A stretch of 64,000 bases of DNA from NCBI GenBank assembly GCA_965204375.1, contig OZ241986.1, positions 1,440,001 to 1,504,000 on the forward strand, in the 5' to 3' direction. This DNA comes from Candidatus Latescibacterota bacterium. GTDB lineage: Bacteria; Latescibacterota; UBA2968. Of this stretch, positions 18,242 to 28,173 are shown piece after piece (positions within the stretch are counted from its first letter, which is position 1; every line of letters starts with the position of its first letter). A program made the translations under genes and the position numbers. The notes beneath the pieces are model-generated. The model searched no databases. It worked only from the letters and a program-made list of their open reading frames with translations, and was not told the DNA's origin.

Positions 18242-19026
18242 TGTTACACGCAGTTGATGAATCGGTGACGCCCATTCATATTCACGATATGACGGTGGCG
18301 TATCACAAGAAACCCGTTCTTTGGGATGTCGATCTCGCGGTGCCAGAAGGCAAACTCGTGGGGGTTGTGGGTCCAAATGGCGCGGGCAAGAGCACGATGA
18401 TCAAAGCCATTATGGATCTCGTGCCCAAGGCTTCGGGGTGGGTCCGCATCTACGGCAAACCCTATTCGCGCATGCGTCAGGCCATTGGCTATGTGCCACA
18501 ACGCGAGTCAGTGGATTGGGATTTTCCCATCAATGCCTTAGATGTGGTGCTGATGGGGCGTTATGGCCACGTTGGTTGGGTGAGGCGTCCGGATAAAATT
18601 GACAGAGAACTGGCTGAGGATGCACTCGAAAAGGTCGGTATGACCGATTTTGGGCATCGGCAGATCAATCAGCTTTCGGGGGGCCAACAACAGCGGGTTT
18701 TCCTGGCACGCGCTCTGGCTCAAGATGCACAAATTTATTTGATGGACGAACCCTTTGCTGGCGTGGATGCGGCGACCGAACGCGCCATTATAGATATTTT
18801 GATGGATTTGAGGGCGCGAAAAAAGACCATGCTGGTTGTACATCACGATTTGCACACGGTGAATCAGTATTTTGACTGGCTGGTTTTGATCAATATGCGG
18901 ATCGTTGCCGCGGGTGAGACGAAAGGTGTGTTCACAGAAGATAATTTGAACAAAACTTACGGCGGACGGTTGACGGTGCTTTCCGAAGCCGCACAGGCTG
19001 TTGCCCATCACCAGCGGGGCTTATGA
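18241..19026 (+). CDS. troB: Metal ABC transporter ATPase (TroB)
   Basis: GPNGAGKST, YVPQRESVDWDFP, LSGGQQQR, MDEPFAGVD. Confidence 0.92.
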   Translation: MLHAVDESVTPIHIHDMTVAYHKKPVLWDVDLAVPEGKLVGVVGPNGAGKSTMIKAIMDLVPKASGWVRIYGKPYSRMRQAIGYVPQRESVDWDFPINALDVVLMGRYGHVGWVRRPDKIDRELAEDALEKVGMTDFGHRQINQLSGGQQQRVFLARALAQDAQIYLMDEPFAGVDAATERAIIDILMDLRARKKTMLVVHHDLHTVNQYFDWLVLINMRIVAAGETKGVFTEDNLNKTYGGRLTVLSEAAQAVAHHQRGL

Positions 19027-19027
19027 G

Positions 19028-20314
19028 GTGATTTGGGACGCGACATTTCAACTGGTTTTGCTCGGTGCGCTATTGATCGGAGCAACATCGGGCACACTGG
19101 GCGCATTTGCCGTGTTGCGCCGACGCAGCCTGTTGGGCGATGCGCTGGCACATGCAGCACTTCCGGGCGTTGCGCTGGCATTTCTGTGGACACAGAGCAA
19201 GGCATTGCCCGTTCTGCTTTTGGGCGCAACTGTTTCCGGTGTGGTGGGCGTGCTTATTATTGAGGCCATTGTCAATTACACGCGCATCAAAGCAGACACC
19301 GCGCTGGGCATTGTGCTTTCAGTATTTTTTGGCGGGGGTATTGTGTTGCTCACGCATATTCAGCAAAGCGAGGTGGGCAATCAAAGTGGTCTGGATAAAT
19401 TTCTTTTTGGACAGGCGGCTTCCATCGTGCGCGCTGATCTGTATGTGATGTGCATTGTATCTGTACTGGTTATGATTGCTGTTTTTCTTTTTTACAAGGA
19501 GTTTAAGGGGCTTATTTTTGATGCGGAATTTCTCTCTGCACTGGGATTTTCCCAGCGTGTGGTCGATCTTTTGTTGATGGGGTTGATCGTACTTACTGTA
19601 ATGGTGGGACTTCAGGCTGTGGGGGTTATTCTCATTGCTGCGATGTTGATTACCCCGGCTGCTGCTGCGCGGTTTTGGACAGATCGGTTGCATGTGATGG
19701 TGCTGGTGTCGGGCATTTTGGGTGCGTTATGCGGCGCGCTGGGCGTTGGCCTGAGTGCACTGGCACCCCGAATCCCAACGGGACCGGTGATGGTGCTGGT
19801 CGCAACGGCTGCATTTCTCGTCTCCGTGCTGATTGCCCCCAGGCGCGGGGTACTCGCCAGGAAGATGCGGCTCAGGGCAAACGCGTTGCGGGAGAATGGT
19901 CAGCATTTTTTGCGGGCATATCTCGCATTGCAGACACAAGACAAGCAGGAAGTTGTGCTGGCGGACCTCGCCGGCGAGCTTCATTTGCCGCTTTACCGCG
20001 TGCGTCGGCTTGCAAAACGTCTCGCACGCGATGGGTGGGTAAGCCTGCACAATGGTGCGTGTTCTTTGACGGAATTGGGACACAAAGAGGCGGATTTTGT
20101 GGTCAAATCCCATCAGCTATGGGAATATTATCTGGTTTATCGGTCTATTTTGGAGGAGGATCACGTCGATAGACCCGCCGATGAGGTCGAGCACATTTTA
20201 ACGCCTGAGATTATTGAACAGCTCGAAACAATTCTGGCAGAAGAAGATATAGATATTGTTGGAGATATTCACAAAGCGCACAGTGGCTATCGGAGGACCG
20301 GCGAAGATGAGTGA
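19028..20314 (+). CDS. troC: Metal ABC permease (TroC) fused to C-terminal DtxR-like domain
   Basis: SLLGDALAHAALPG ABC-3 motif. C-terminal wHTH plus HQLWEYYL...DHVDRPADEVEHIL. Confidence 0.85.
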   Translation: MIWDATFQLVLLGALLIGATSGTLGAFAVLRRRSLLGDALAHAALPGVALAFLWTQSKALPVLLLGATVSGVVGVLIIEAIVNYTRIKADTALGIVLSVFFGGGIVLLTHIQQSEVGNQSGLDKFLFGQAASIVRADLYVMCIVSVLVMIAVFLFYKEFKGLIFDAEFLSALGFSQRVVDLLLMGLIVLTVMVGLQAVGVILIAAMLITPAAAARFWTDRLHVMVLVSGILGALCGALGVGLSALAPRIPTGPVMVLVATAAFLVSVLIAPRRGVLARKMRLRANALRENGQHFLRAYLALQTQDKQEVVLADLAGELHLPLYRVRRLAKRLARDGWVSLHNGACSLTELGHKEADFVVKSHQLWEYYLVYRSILEEDHVDRPADEVEHILTPEIIEQLETILAEEDIDIVGDIHKAHSGYRRTGEDE

Positions 20315-21581
20315 GTTCTGGGGACCATTTTGGATTGTGCTGGCAGGTGCGCTGGCAGGTGCGTCGTGCGGTCTGTTGGGCGCGTATCTCGTGTTGCGCA
20401 AGATGTCGCTTTTGGGCGATGCCCTGAGCCATGCTGTTTTGCCGGGCATTGTTATTGCGTTTCTACTTTCGGGCAGCCGCGATGTGATTCCGATGTTTAT
20501 TGGTGCTGCTATATGTGGGGTGATTGCCACAGTGTTAATTGAGACATTTCACCGCAGGTGGCGCGTGCAAGAAGACTCGTCGATAGGCATTGCTTTTACA
20601 GCACTTTTCGCACTGGGGGTTGTTTTGATCACGGCATTTGCCGGGCAGGTCGATCTCGATCAGGAATGCGTCCTTTACGGAGAGATCGCGTACACGCCGT
20701 GGGACCGTCTGTTCTGGGGAGAATGGGATTTGGGACCGCGCCCGATATGGATTCTCGGAACGGTATTCGTGCTTAATCTCGCATTTGTTCTGGTGTTTTA
20801 CAAAGAGCTTTTGATCGCGTCTTTCGACGCCGAGATGGCACTTTCTGTGGGCGTGAGTGCTGCGCTGGTGCATTATATGCTGATGGGAGCCGTTTCTGTG
20901 ACAACGGTGGCTGCATTCGAGTCCGTGGGGGCTATTCTCGTCGTGGCGATGCTGATTGTTCCCGGTGCTTCGGCTTATTTGTGGAGCGATCGGTTAAAAG
21001 TCATTTTGATGCTGTCTGCGCTGATGGGCGTTGTTTCCGCAACAGCCGGATATTTCCTCGCAGGGGTTTGGAATAGTTCTATTGCCGGGGCTATGGTTGT
21101 GGTTATGGGTGCGCTGTTCGCGTTTTCCCTGATTTTTGCACCACACTATGGGGTGTTGGGGCGATTTGTGCGGCAGGCACGACTCTCTCTGAGGGTTGCG
21201 CGAGATCACGTCTTGCTGAAGTTGCTCCGCGAGCAGGAGTCACAGCGCGTCTCTGCGCTCAGTTGGGGCGACCTGGTCGATACGGCTGCGCGTTGGGTGT
21301 CTGGTATTGCGATTCGGTCGTTGATGTGGCAAGGGCTAATCACGCGGGAAAATGGACATTTTGCACTCGGGGAACAGGGCGTTATACACGCGACCAGATT
21401 GCTCCGCAATCACAGGCTTTGGGAGTCCTACTTGAACCAAATAGGGCTTCCGCCAGATCATGTACACGACCCCGCCGACGCGCTGGAACACTTTACGGAT
21501 GACCATTTGCGGGAAGAAATTCGAGCGGCATTGCCCAATATCGCAATTGATCCGCAGGGCAAGCGCATTCCCGATGGATAG
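20307..21581 (+). CDS. troD: Metal ABC permease (TroD) fused to C-terminal DtxR-like domain
   Basis: SLLGDALSHAVLPG and VDLDQECVLYGEI. C-terminal RNHRLWESYL...DHVHDPADALEH...DPQGKRIP. Confidence 0.85.
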   Translation: MSEFWGPFWIVLAGALAGASCGLLGAYLVLRKMSLLGDALSHAVLPGIVIAFLLSGSRDVIPMFIGAAICGVIATVLIETFHRRWRVQEDSSIGIAFTALFALGVVLITAFAGQVDLDQECVLYGEIAYTPWDRLFWGEWDLGPRPIWILGTVFVLNLAFVLVFYKELLIASFDAEMALSVGVSAALVHYMLMGAVSVTTVAAFESVGAILVVAMLIVPGASAYLWSDRLKVILMLSALMGVVSATAGYFLAGVWNSSIAGAMVVVMGALFAFSLIFAPHYGVLGRFVRQARLSLRVARDHVLLKLLREQESQRVSALSWGDLVDTAARWVSGIAIRSLMWQGLITRENGHFALGEQGVIHATRLLRNHRLWESYLNQIGLPPDHVHDPADALEHFTDDHLREEIRAALPNIAIDPQGKRIPDG

Positions 21582-21644
21582 GATATGCTTGCTTGTATGT
21601 GAGGTTTATCTTACTTTCTTTGATAGCTATTTGGGGGACGGACA

Positions 21645-22322
21645 ATGATTAGTCAATCGTCACAGGATTATTTGAAAACGATCTATAAGCTGACACACGG
21701 GCAGAACCCCGTCGCATCTGTGACGACTTCTCTCATTGCAGAGCACAGGGCGGTTGCACCTGCTTCGGTCACCAATATGCTCAAGAAACTCGCGGCGATG
21801 AAATTGGTGGAACACACGCCTTATCAGGGCGTTGTACTCACATCGACGGGAAAACGCATTGCGCTTGAGGTCCTTCGCCACCACCGTTTGCTCGAGCTAT
21901 ATTTGTCAGAGGTACTGGGATTTGATCTGGATAAGGTCGATGAAGAGGCGGATCGGTTAGAGCATGTGATTTCCGAGGAGTTTGAAGATAAAATTGATCG
22001 AATGCTGGGGTATCCAACAGTCGATCCCCACGGCGCGCCAATTCCGCGCAAAGATGGTTCGATAGAATACGACCATTATCTGTGTCTGGCAGATATTTCA
22101 GCAGGTGAAAATGTACGCGTCAGACAGGTGAGTGATCAAAGCGCAGAGATGTTGCGCTATATGGCGACGATGGGTATTAAACCCAATGTCGAGATCGAGG
22201 TGGTGGGGCGCGCGCCTTTTAACGGCCCGCTGGAAATTGTGGTCAATGGCGAGGCCAGGTATTCGCTCGGGCTTGAAGTGGCCGCACATATTTATGTTTC
22301 ATCATTGGGGGAAGATGGCTGA
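21645..22322 (+). CDS. DtxR/MntR/TroR family repressor with C-terminal FeoA/SH3 domain
   Basis: QDYLKTIY, ASVTNMLKKL, RHHRLLELYL, EEADRLEHVIS, DPHGAPIP. Confidence 0.92.
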   Translation: MISQSSQDYLKTIYKLTHGQNPVASVTTSLIAEHRAVAPASVTNMLKKLAAMKLVEHTPYQGVVLTSTGKRIALEVLRHHRLLELYLSEVLGFDLDKVDEEADRLEHVISEEFEDKIDRMLGYPTVDPHGAPIPRKDGSIEYDHYLCLADISAGENVRVRQVSDQSAEMLRYMATMGIKPNVEIEVVGRAPFNGPLEIVVNGEARYSLGLEVAAHIYVSSLGEDG

Positions 22323-22323
22323 G

Positions 22324-23940
22324 ATGGGTAGGGTTGTTCTTTTGTTGGCGATTATTTTATTGGCGGGCGGATCCGTGCATGCACAAGTTCCGCCCATTTT
22401 TGCGCCCGGGACAGAACTGCACGATATTTATTGCCGTGCATGTGCTCATTTTTTTCCCGAGGTACTGCCCGTTGATAGCGAATTTCGGCTGGATAGAGCT
22501 ACCAGTGGGACATCGGCGATAAGGGGTTTGACCGCGAATTGGGATCGTTTGCCTCCCGCTGCAAAGGAGGCATTTGCTTTTCTTCTGCAGCGTCCCATCC
22601 TGAGTCATTCAATACTGTCTCCGAGAGGACGTTTCAGAATTCACTATAATACCACGGGGACACACGCCGTTGCTCCAACAGACGCAGATGCCAATGGCGC
22701 GCCGGATTATGTCGATGACACTGCGCGGGTTTTTGAGGCGGTTTGGGACCTGCAGATCAATCAATTGGGTTACAATCCACCTCCATCCGATGGTGATGGT
22801 GTTTACGACATTTATATTAAAAATCTCGCGATTCAGCGGGCTTATGGTTTTACATATCCAATTGAATTTACAGAAGTGACGACGTCGAGTTATATGGAAA
22901 TTGACAATAATTTTACGGATAGTATTTATCCTGTAAGTTCACGCGGATTAAACGGGTTGCGCGTGACGGCTGCACACGAGTTTTTTCACGCGATTCAATT
23001 TGGGTATTATGCCGATTTTGCCGCTGCGTGGTGGCAGGAACTCACGGCGACCTGGATGGAGGACGTGGCCTATCCCGATGTGAATGATTTTTACCAGTAT
23101 ATGAGTTGCCCGAGCAATTTTTCTTGTTTTTACGACGATCCCGAAGCGTCATTGGACAAGTTTTCAGGAAGTCTCCATCCTTTTGGTGCGTCGATTTTTG
23201 CCCACCACATCGAGCAGGTTTACGGAGTGGATGCGATCAAAAGCGTTTGGGAGTTGCTACAAAGACGCGATCCGAGCAGATATAGCCTATCGCTTATTGA
23301 TGATGGTATGCCTCTGGGTGGATTTGCACAGGTAATGCCGCGGTTTGCCGCGTGGAATTATTTGACTGATATGCGTGCCCGCCCCGGATATTATGTTGAG
23401 GCGCGCGATTTGCCCTCGATAAAGCATGCCAATATATTCCTCGGCACAGGTGGTTCTTTTGAAGGGTCTGAAACGGTTGATCATTTGGGGACGACGTATT
23501 TGCGCGTGGCAACTTCAAATATCTTTGGCGGGCTTCGGGGGACATTTGCACTGGACGCTCAGGGACAGTGGGCGTTGCTGGTTATGCTGATCTCTCCGTC
23601 TGGCGTCGAATTATTATACCCACGGGGAACAACAGTAATTATTCCAAGAGCCAATCGTTTTGACGAGGTTGTATTTATTGTGATGGAGACATCGCTTTCA
23701 GGTGAAAGGCGGCGCGTGAATTACACGTTTTCAACTGGCGGAAGTATGGCGACGGATCTCGTATGCGATGTCGATGGTGACGGGCGCGTTGCATTTTCCG
23801 ATTTTCTGCGTTTTGCCGATGGTTTTAAGCTCTTACACACGGATAATAAGTACGATCCGAAATTGGATTTCAATGGGGATGGACCTGTTGATTTCCTGGA
23901 TTTTCTCATTTTTGTTTCCCATTTTGGAGAATCGCGTTAA
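22324..23940 (+). CDS. Secreted zinc metalloprotease (MXAN_6640-like) with C-terminal dockerin/double EF-hand
   Basis: Signal peptide, FRIHY, NGAPDYVD, VTAAHEFFHAIQFGY (HExxH), ELTATWMED. Tail CDVDGDGRVAFSDFL...DFNGDGPVDFLDFL. Confidence 0.8.
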   Translation: MGRVVLLLAIILLAGGSVHAQVPPIFAPGTELHDIYCRACAHFFPEVLPVDSEFRLDRATSGTSAIRGLTANWDRLPPAAKEAFAFLLQRPILSHSILSPRGRFRIHYNTTGTHAVAPTDADANGAPDYVDDTARVFEAVWDLQINQLGYNPPPSDGDGVYDIYIKNLAIQRAYGFTYPIEFTEVTTSSYMEIDNNFTDSIYPVSSRGLNGLRVTAAHEFFHAIQFGYYADFAAAWWQELTATWMEDVAYPDVNDFYQYMSCPSNFSCFYDDPEASLDKFSGSLHPFGASIFAHHIEQVYGVDAIKSVWELLQRRDPSRYSLSLIDDGMPLGGFAQVMPRFAAWNYLTDMRARPGYYVEARDLPSIKHANIFLGTGGSFEGSETVDHLGTTYLRVATSNIFGGLRGTFALDAQGQWALLVMLISPSGVELLYPRGTTVIIPRANRFDEVVFIVMETSLSGERRRVNYTFSTGGSMATDLVCDVDGDGRVAFSDFLRFADGFKLLHTDNKYDPKLDFNGDGPVDFLDFLIFVSHFGESR

Positions 23941-23951
23941 GGGAGTACGCT

Positions 23952-24716
23952 GTGATTGTATTGCGAACAGATCGAGAACTGGATTTGATGGTTGAGGCAA
24001 ACCGCATTGTGGGGCTGGTGCATCGCACACTCAAACCGCTTGTCAAGGCGGGAACGACGACCAGAGAACTGGATAGGGTGGCTGAAGATGTAATTCAGTC
24101 GCACGGCGCAGAACCCGCATTTAAGGGCTATAAGGGGTATCCGGCAGCGAGCTGTATTTCAATTAACGAACAGGTCGTACACGGGATTCCCGGAGAGCGA
24201 AAGCTGGTGGATGGCGATATTGTCAGCATTGATATTGGCGTGAAATTGCGTGGCTATTACGGCGATCAGGCGATTACGCGCGTTGTTGGCAATATTTCAG
24301 AGCGGGAGAAAGAATTGCTCAAGGTGACGCGAGAAGCTCTGTTTAAAGGGATTGAGCAAGCGGTTGCCGGAAGACGTCTGAGCGATATTTGCGGTGCGGT
24401 ACAAAATTGGGTTGAGCAATTTGGTTTTTCTGTTGTGCGGCAATTTGTAGGGCATGGGATTGGACGCAGGTTGCACGAAGAACCCGCCGTGCCCAATTAT
24501 GTGCCCCCAGAGCGCAATCCTCGTTTGCGAAAGGGAATGGTGCTCGCCATTGAGCCGATGGTTAATTTGGGAACGCATGAAGTTGTGGTGGCAGATGACG
24601 GGTGGACGGCATCGGCGGCTGATGGGTTGCCTTCGGCGCATTTTGAACATGTGGTGGCAATTACACGTGAAGAACCCAGGATTTTGACGATGTTTGAGGA
24701 AGAGATCGATGCGTAA
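23952..24716 (+). CDS. map: Methionine aminopeptidase type I
   Basis: CISINEQVVHGIP, DIGV...GD, GHGIG..LHEEP, AIEPM, SAHFEH. Confidence 0.96.
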   Translation: MIVLRTDRELDLMVEANRIVGLVHRTLKPLVKAGTTTRELDRVAEDVIQSHGAEPAFKGYKGYPAASCISINEQVVHGIPGERKLVDGDIVSIDIGVKLRGYYGDQAITRVVGNISEREKELLKVTREALFKGIEQAVAGRRLSDICGAVQNWVEQFGFSVVRQFVGHGIGRRLHEEPAVPNYVPPERNPRLRKGMVLAIEPMVNLGTHEVVVADDGWTASAADGLPSAHFEHVVAITREEPRILTMFEEEIDA

Positions 24717-25191
24717 ATCTATTCTCTTATGCGTTCTTATATGGTTGATGTCTTGTAGTCAGCACTATGAGGAAGGGGCGCATCCGCCGCCAAAGCCCCC
24801 ACCTGTTCAAGCCGCAGCGGACAAAGAGGGACCACAGGCATCAGGCGCCGTGGTTTCAGGGACGATTCGACTGGCCGATGGGCTGGGCGAGCGCATTGGG
24901 AGCAATGCCGTGCTATTTGTTATTGCGCGCCCTGCCCCTGTTGGCGGACCACCGCTGGCGGTGAAGCGGCTCGACATTTCCGATTTTCCCTATTCGTACA
25001 CACTGACGCGCGGGGATGCGATGATTGAGATTGACTGGTCTGAGATCGATGCGCTGTACGTTTCTGCAAAAATCGATGCAGACGGACGCGTGGGTGGTTC
25101 AAAGACAGGGGATATGGAGGGGATTTATTCGCAAAATCCCGTTGCGCCCGGGGCCGTGGATGTGGACATTTTGATCGATACGGTGCATTGA
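24709..25191 (+). CDS. Lipoprotein resembling the C-terminal periplasmic domain of CcmI/CycH
   Basis: Lipobox LMSC, Pro-rich linker, VLFVIARP...GPPLAVKRL...FPYSYTL...DAM...VSAKID..G...GDMEG. Confidence 0.6.
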   Translation: MRKSILLCVLIWLMSCSQHYEEGAHPPPKPPPVQAAADKEGPQASGAVVSGTIRLADGLGERIGSNAVLFVIARPAPVGGPPLAVKRLDISDFPYSYTLTRGDAMIEIDWSEIDALYVSAKIDADGRVGGSKTGDMEGIYSQNPVAPGAVDVDILIDTVH

Positions 25192-25193
25192 TT

Positions 25194-26936
25194 ATGAGCT
25201 ATACGGTGATTCACGCGACACACGAAGCGGTTCGCAAGGCCGGTGGTATTGGGGCTGTACTCGAGGGCTTGATGACCTCTTCTGTGTACCAAGAAGCCGT
25301 GAGGCGATCTTTTCTCGTCGGCCCGCTTTTGCGCCCAGAAGAAGAAGATTTCCTTGAGGAAAGCGGAGAGGTAATTTTTTCGACTATTTCCGGCGTGCAA
25401 AATGCGGATTGTGCCGACGCGCTCAATCGCGTCGCAGAGCGGTACAATGTCAATATCGTTTATGGGATGCGCCAATTCACAGGTGGATACGAAGCCGATG
25501 TGTTGCTCGTCGATGCTGAAGATATCAACCCTCGACGGTCCCGCAATTTTAAGTACAATCTCTACCGGCATTTTGGCCTTACATCTGACAGATACGATAC
25601 GATCGCGGATTACGCGCTTTATATCGATAGTGCGGAAGCTATTTACGACGCTGTTGTCGCGCTTATCGGAAAGGATTCCGGCCCACATATTGTGCTGGCC
25701 CATGAGTATATGGGCATGCCTGTCGCACTCAAGGCTATTACGGAGAATGATCCGCGCTTTCGGGCGATTTTTTACGCCCATGAAGTTTCAGCGATGCGCG
25801 AGATCACTGAGGGCAACCCAGGACACGATGTGATGTTTTACAACGCGATGGCGCGAGCACTTGCACAGGGCGAAGTGGTTGAGGATATATTTGGAGATCA
25901 GTCCGATTATTATCGGCACGCGCTGGTCCAACTGGCGTCGCACTGCGATGGTATTTTTGCCGTGGGCGACCCGACGCTCGATGAGCTTCGGTTTATGGGG
26001 CTTGAAGCGCAGGCGATAGACCTGGTGTACAATGGTATTCCCGCTGTGCAGATTTCTTATGCAGAGAAATTACAGTCTCGCTCACGTTTACAGGAGTATG
26101 CACAAAATTTGCTCGGATATGAGCCAGATGTGGTGGTGACTCATGTTACGCGCCCGGTGATTAGCAAAGGGCTGTGGCGCGATTTGCTCGTATTGTCGCA
26201 TCTCGATAGACTGTTGGGGGACAAAGGGCAAACGGGTGTGTTTTTTGTGCTTACAACGGCTGCGGAACAGCGCAGTGCGCGAGATATCGAGATTATGGAG
26301 TCCGAATATGGATGGCCGGTTGTACACCATAAAGGACCACCCGATCTGGTTTCAAATGAGGTGGATATCTGGCGGGATATAGAAGCGTTTAACCGCGCGG
26401 CTGTGGCCGTTCAAGCCATTTTAGTCAACCAGTTTGGATGGGATCGGGCGAGTTGCGGACAGCGCATGCCGCAAGATATGGCGTTTGCGGATTTGCGCCG
26501 GGGCACGGATATCGAATTTGGACAATCAATTTACGAGCCGTTTGGCATTGCCGTGCTCGAACCGCTGACTTTTGGCGGGCTTTGTGTGCCGAGTAGTGTG
26601 TGCGGGTGTTGCGGATTTTTGGGGCGCGTGACAAAAGAACAGGCCGATCCTCTCGTCATCGTGGCAGATTATACGGCAGATGTCGCATTGGAGAGTGCTG
26701 CGTCTGCACGCGCAATAGGAGAGTATGAACGTCGTATCCAGGAAGGCAAAGTGGCAGAAAAAGTTGCGTGGAATATCGCAGATGCGTTGCCATCATCGGA
26801 TAGAGAACGCGAGGCGCGATTGCATTCGGGTTACAGATTAGCCACACAAATGAGCTGGGATCGCGTGTGCGAAGCATTTTTTTTACCGGGCATAGAACGC
26901 GCGATTTCCCGTGGTCGAGTACAACGAAACGTTTGA
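25194..26936 (+). CDS. GT-B glycosyltransferase, glycogen-synthase-like (GT3-like)
   Basis: HEAVRKAGGIG (KxGG ADP/UDP-glucose motif), AHEYMG, VYNGI, SIYEPFGI..LEP. Confidence 0.65.
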   Translation: MSYTVIHATHEAVRKAGGIGAVLEGLMTSSVYQEAVRRSFLVGPLLRPEEEDFLEESGEVIFSTISGVQNADCADALNRVAERYNVNIVYGMRQFTGGYEADVLLVDAEDINPRRSRNFKYNLYRHFGLTSDRYDTIADYALYIDSAEAIYDAVVALIGKDSGPHIVLAHEYMGMPVALKAITENDPRFRAIFYAHEVSAMREITEGNPGHDVMFYNAMARALAQGEVVEDIFGDQSDYYRHALVQLASHCDGIFAVGDPTLDELRFMGLEAQAIDLVYNGIPAVQISYAEKLQSRSRLQEYAQNLLGYEPDVVVTHVTRPVISKGLWRDLLVLSHLDRLLGDKGQTGVFFVLTTAAEQRSARDIEIMESEYGWPVVHHKGPPDLVSNEVDIWRDIEAFNRAAVAVQAILVNQFGWDRASCGQRMPQDMAFADLRRGTDIEFGQSIYEPFGIAVLEPLTFGGLCVPSSVCGCCGFLGRVTKEQADPLVIVADYTADVALESAASARAIGEYERRIQEGKVAEKVAWNIADALPSSDREREARLHSGYRLATQMSWDRVCEAFFLPGIERAISRGRVQRNV

Positions 26937-26996
26937 CGCTTTGAAGCGTGTAAAGGGCTATTATAGTCAGCTATTTTTACCCATTGAGTGATGATT

Positions 26997-28172
26997 ATGA
27001 TGAGAAAACGATTTTTACTGATTTTTTTACTTGTGACATATCTCGCTGGTTGCAATACCGAAAAGCGCAACCCGTTGGGCGAAGGCTTTGTTGGACGCGA
27101 TCCCGGTGATACAGTAGCATTGCCCGCGATTCCGCTAACGTCGGCGCGGTCCTTTCAATCTCTGATTTTTCCCACTGTGATGGGAGAACAAGAGGAGTTG
27201 CTGGTCGGGCAGATGAATGGTTTTTTGCTGCGGAGTCTGTTGCGTTTTAATGTGCCGGATGAGTTATCTGGCGGTGTGCCATCGGGGTTGACGATTGATT
27301 CCCTGCGCGTCAATCTGGGTATTCGGTCGGCACGATTGGTCGAAAATGCATCGCTGATTGCATTGCGGCCCGATTCGCCATGGGAAGAACTTCAGACCTA
27401 TGTCGATACGACTCGCTGGGTCGAGGCCGAGGTGCTTGCAACGCCAATACCCGGTGCTGTGGCGCAGGTGTTTGCGGACCGCGTTCGGATCGATTTGCCA
27501 GTGTCGCTCTTGAAGGATGCGATAGAATCAAGTTCTCTATCTATGGAAGTTTTGTTGCAACCCGATGGTGAGGCACCTTTTTTGTTAGATATTTTTTCAC
27601 GCGAAGCTACCGATATTCGTGCAGATGCGCCGATTCCCGAATTGGAGGCGGTGTACCGGGTGGGAGATGTGACAGAGCGTATAGCTGTTCAGACCGATGC
27701 AGACACTTATTGGAGTGCGCGGGCCAATGGCGGTCCACCGGAAAATCTGGCGATTCTTTCCGAGGGTTTTTTTTACGGGAGTGTTTTGAATTTTGATCTG
27801 CCCAATATTCCACAAGGCGCGACGATCAATTCGGCCAAATTGCAATTGAATATCGATCTGGATCGTTCCTATTTTTCATCTTTTCCCATTGAAATATATG
27901 GCCTGAAAATTGCAGAAGGCGATACCGCGTTTACGCGGTTTAATGAGAGATTACTCATTGAACCAGCGACAGCGACTTACACGATTAATCAGACTTTGAT
28001 TCAAGCATGGATATCTGGTGTACGAGAAAATCATGGATTGGCACTTTCGCCCGTCAATTTTGTTTCTTTAGGAGGGTTGCCAGTGCCTTTAAATTCGCCC
28101 TCTCTCATCCGATGGCTTGTGTTAAAAGATGTGCGTTTAAATCTCATTTACTCTCTTCCTCCGGAACTGTAA
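26997..28172 (+). CDS. Lipoprotein of unknown function (DUF4270/DNRLRE-like beta-sandwich repeats)
   Basis: Lipobox LAGC, NPLG, RSLLRF...IDSLRVNL and LNFDLPNIPQGATINSAKLQL...QAWISGVRENHGL. Start codon uncertain (26988-27000). Confidence 0.5.
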   Translation: MMRKRFLLIFLLVTYLAGCNTEKRNPLGEGFVGRDPGDTVALPAIPLTSARSFQSLIFPTVMGEQEELLVGQMNGFLLRSLLRFNVPDELSGGVPSGLTIDSLRVNLGIRSARLVENASLIALRPDSPWEELQTYVDTTRWVEAEVLATPIPGAVAQVFADRVRIDLPVSLLKDAIESSSLSMEVLLQPDGEAPFLLDIFSREATDIRADAPIPELEAVYRVGDVTERIAVQTDADTYWSARANGGPPENLAILSEGFFYGSVLNFDLPNIPQGATINSAKLQLNIDLDRSYFSSFPIEIYGLKIAEGDTAFTRFNERLLIEPATATYTINQTLIQAWISGVRENHGLALSPVNFVSLGGLPVPLNSPSLIRWLVLKDVRLNLIYSLPPEL

Positions 28173-28173
28173 T

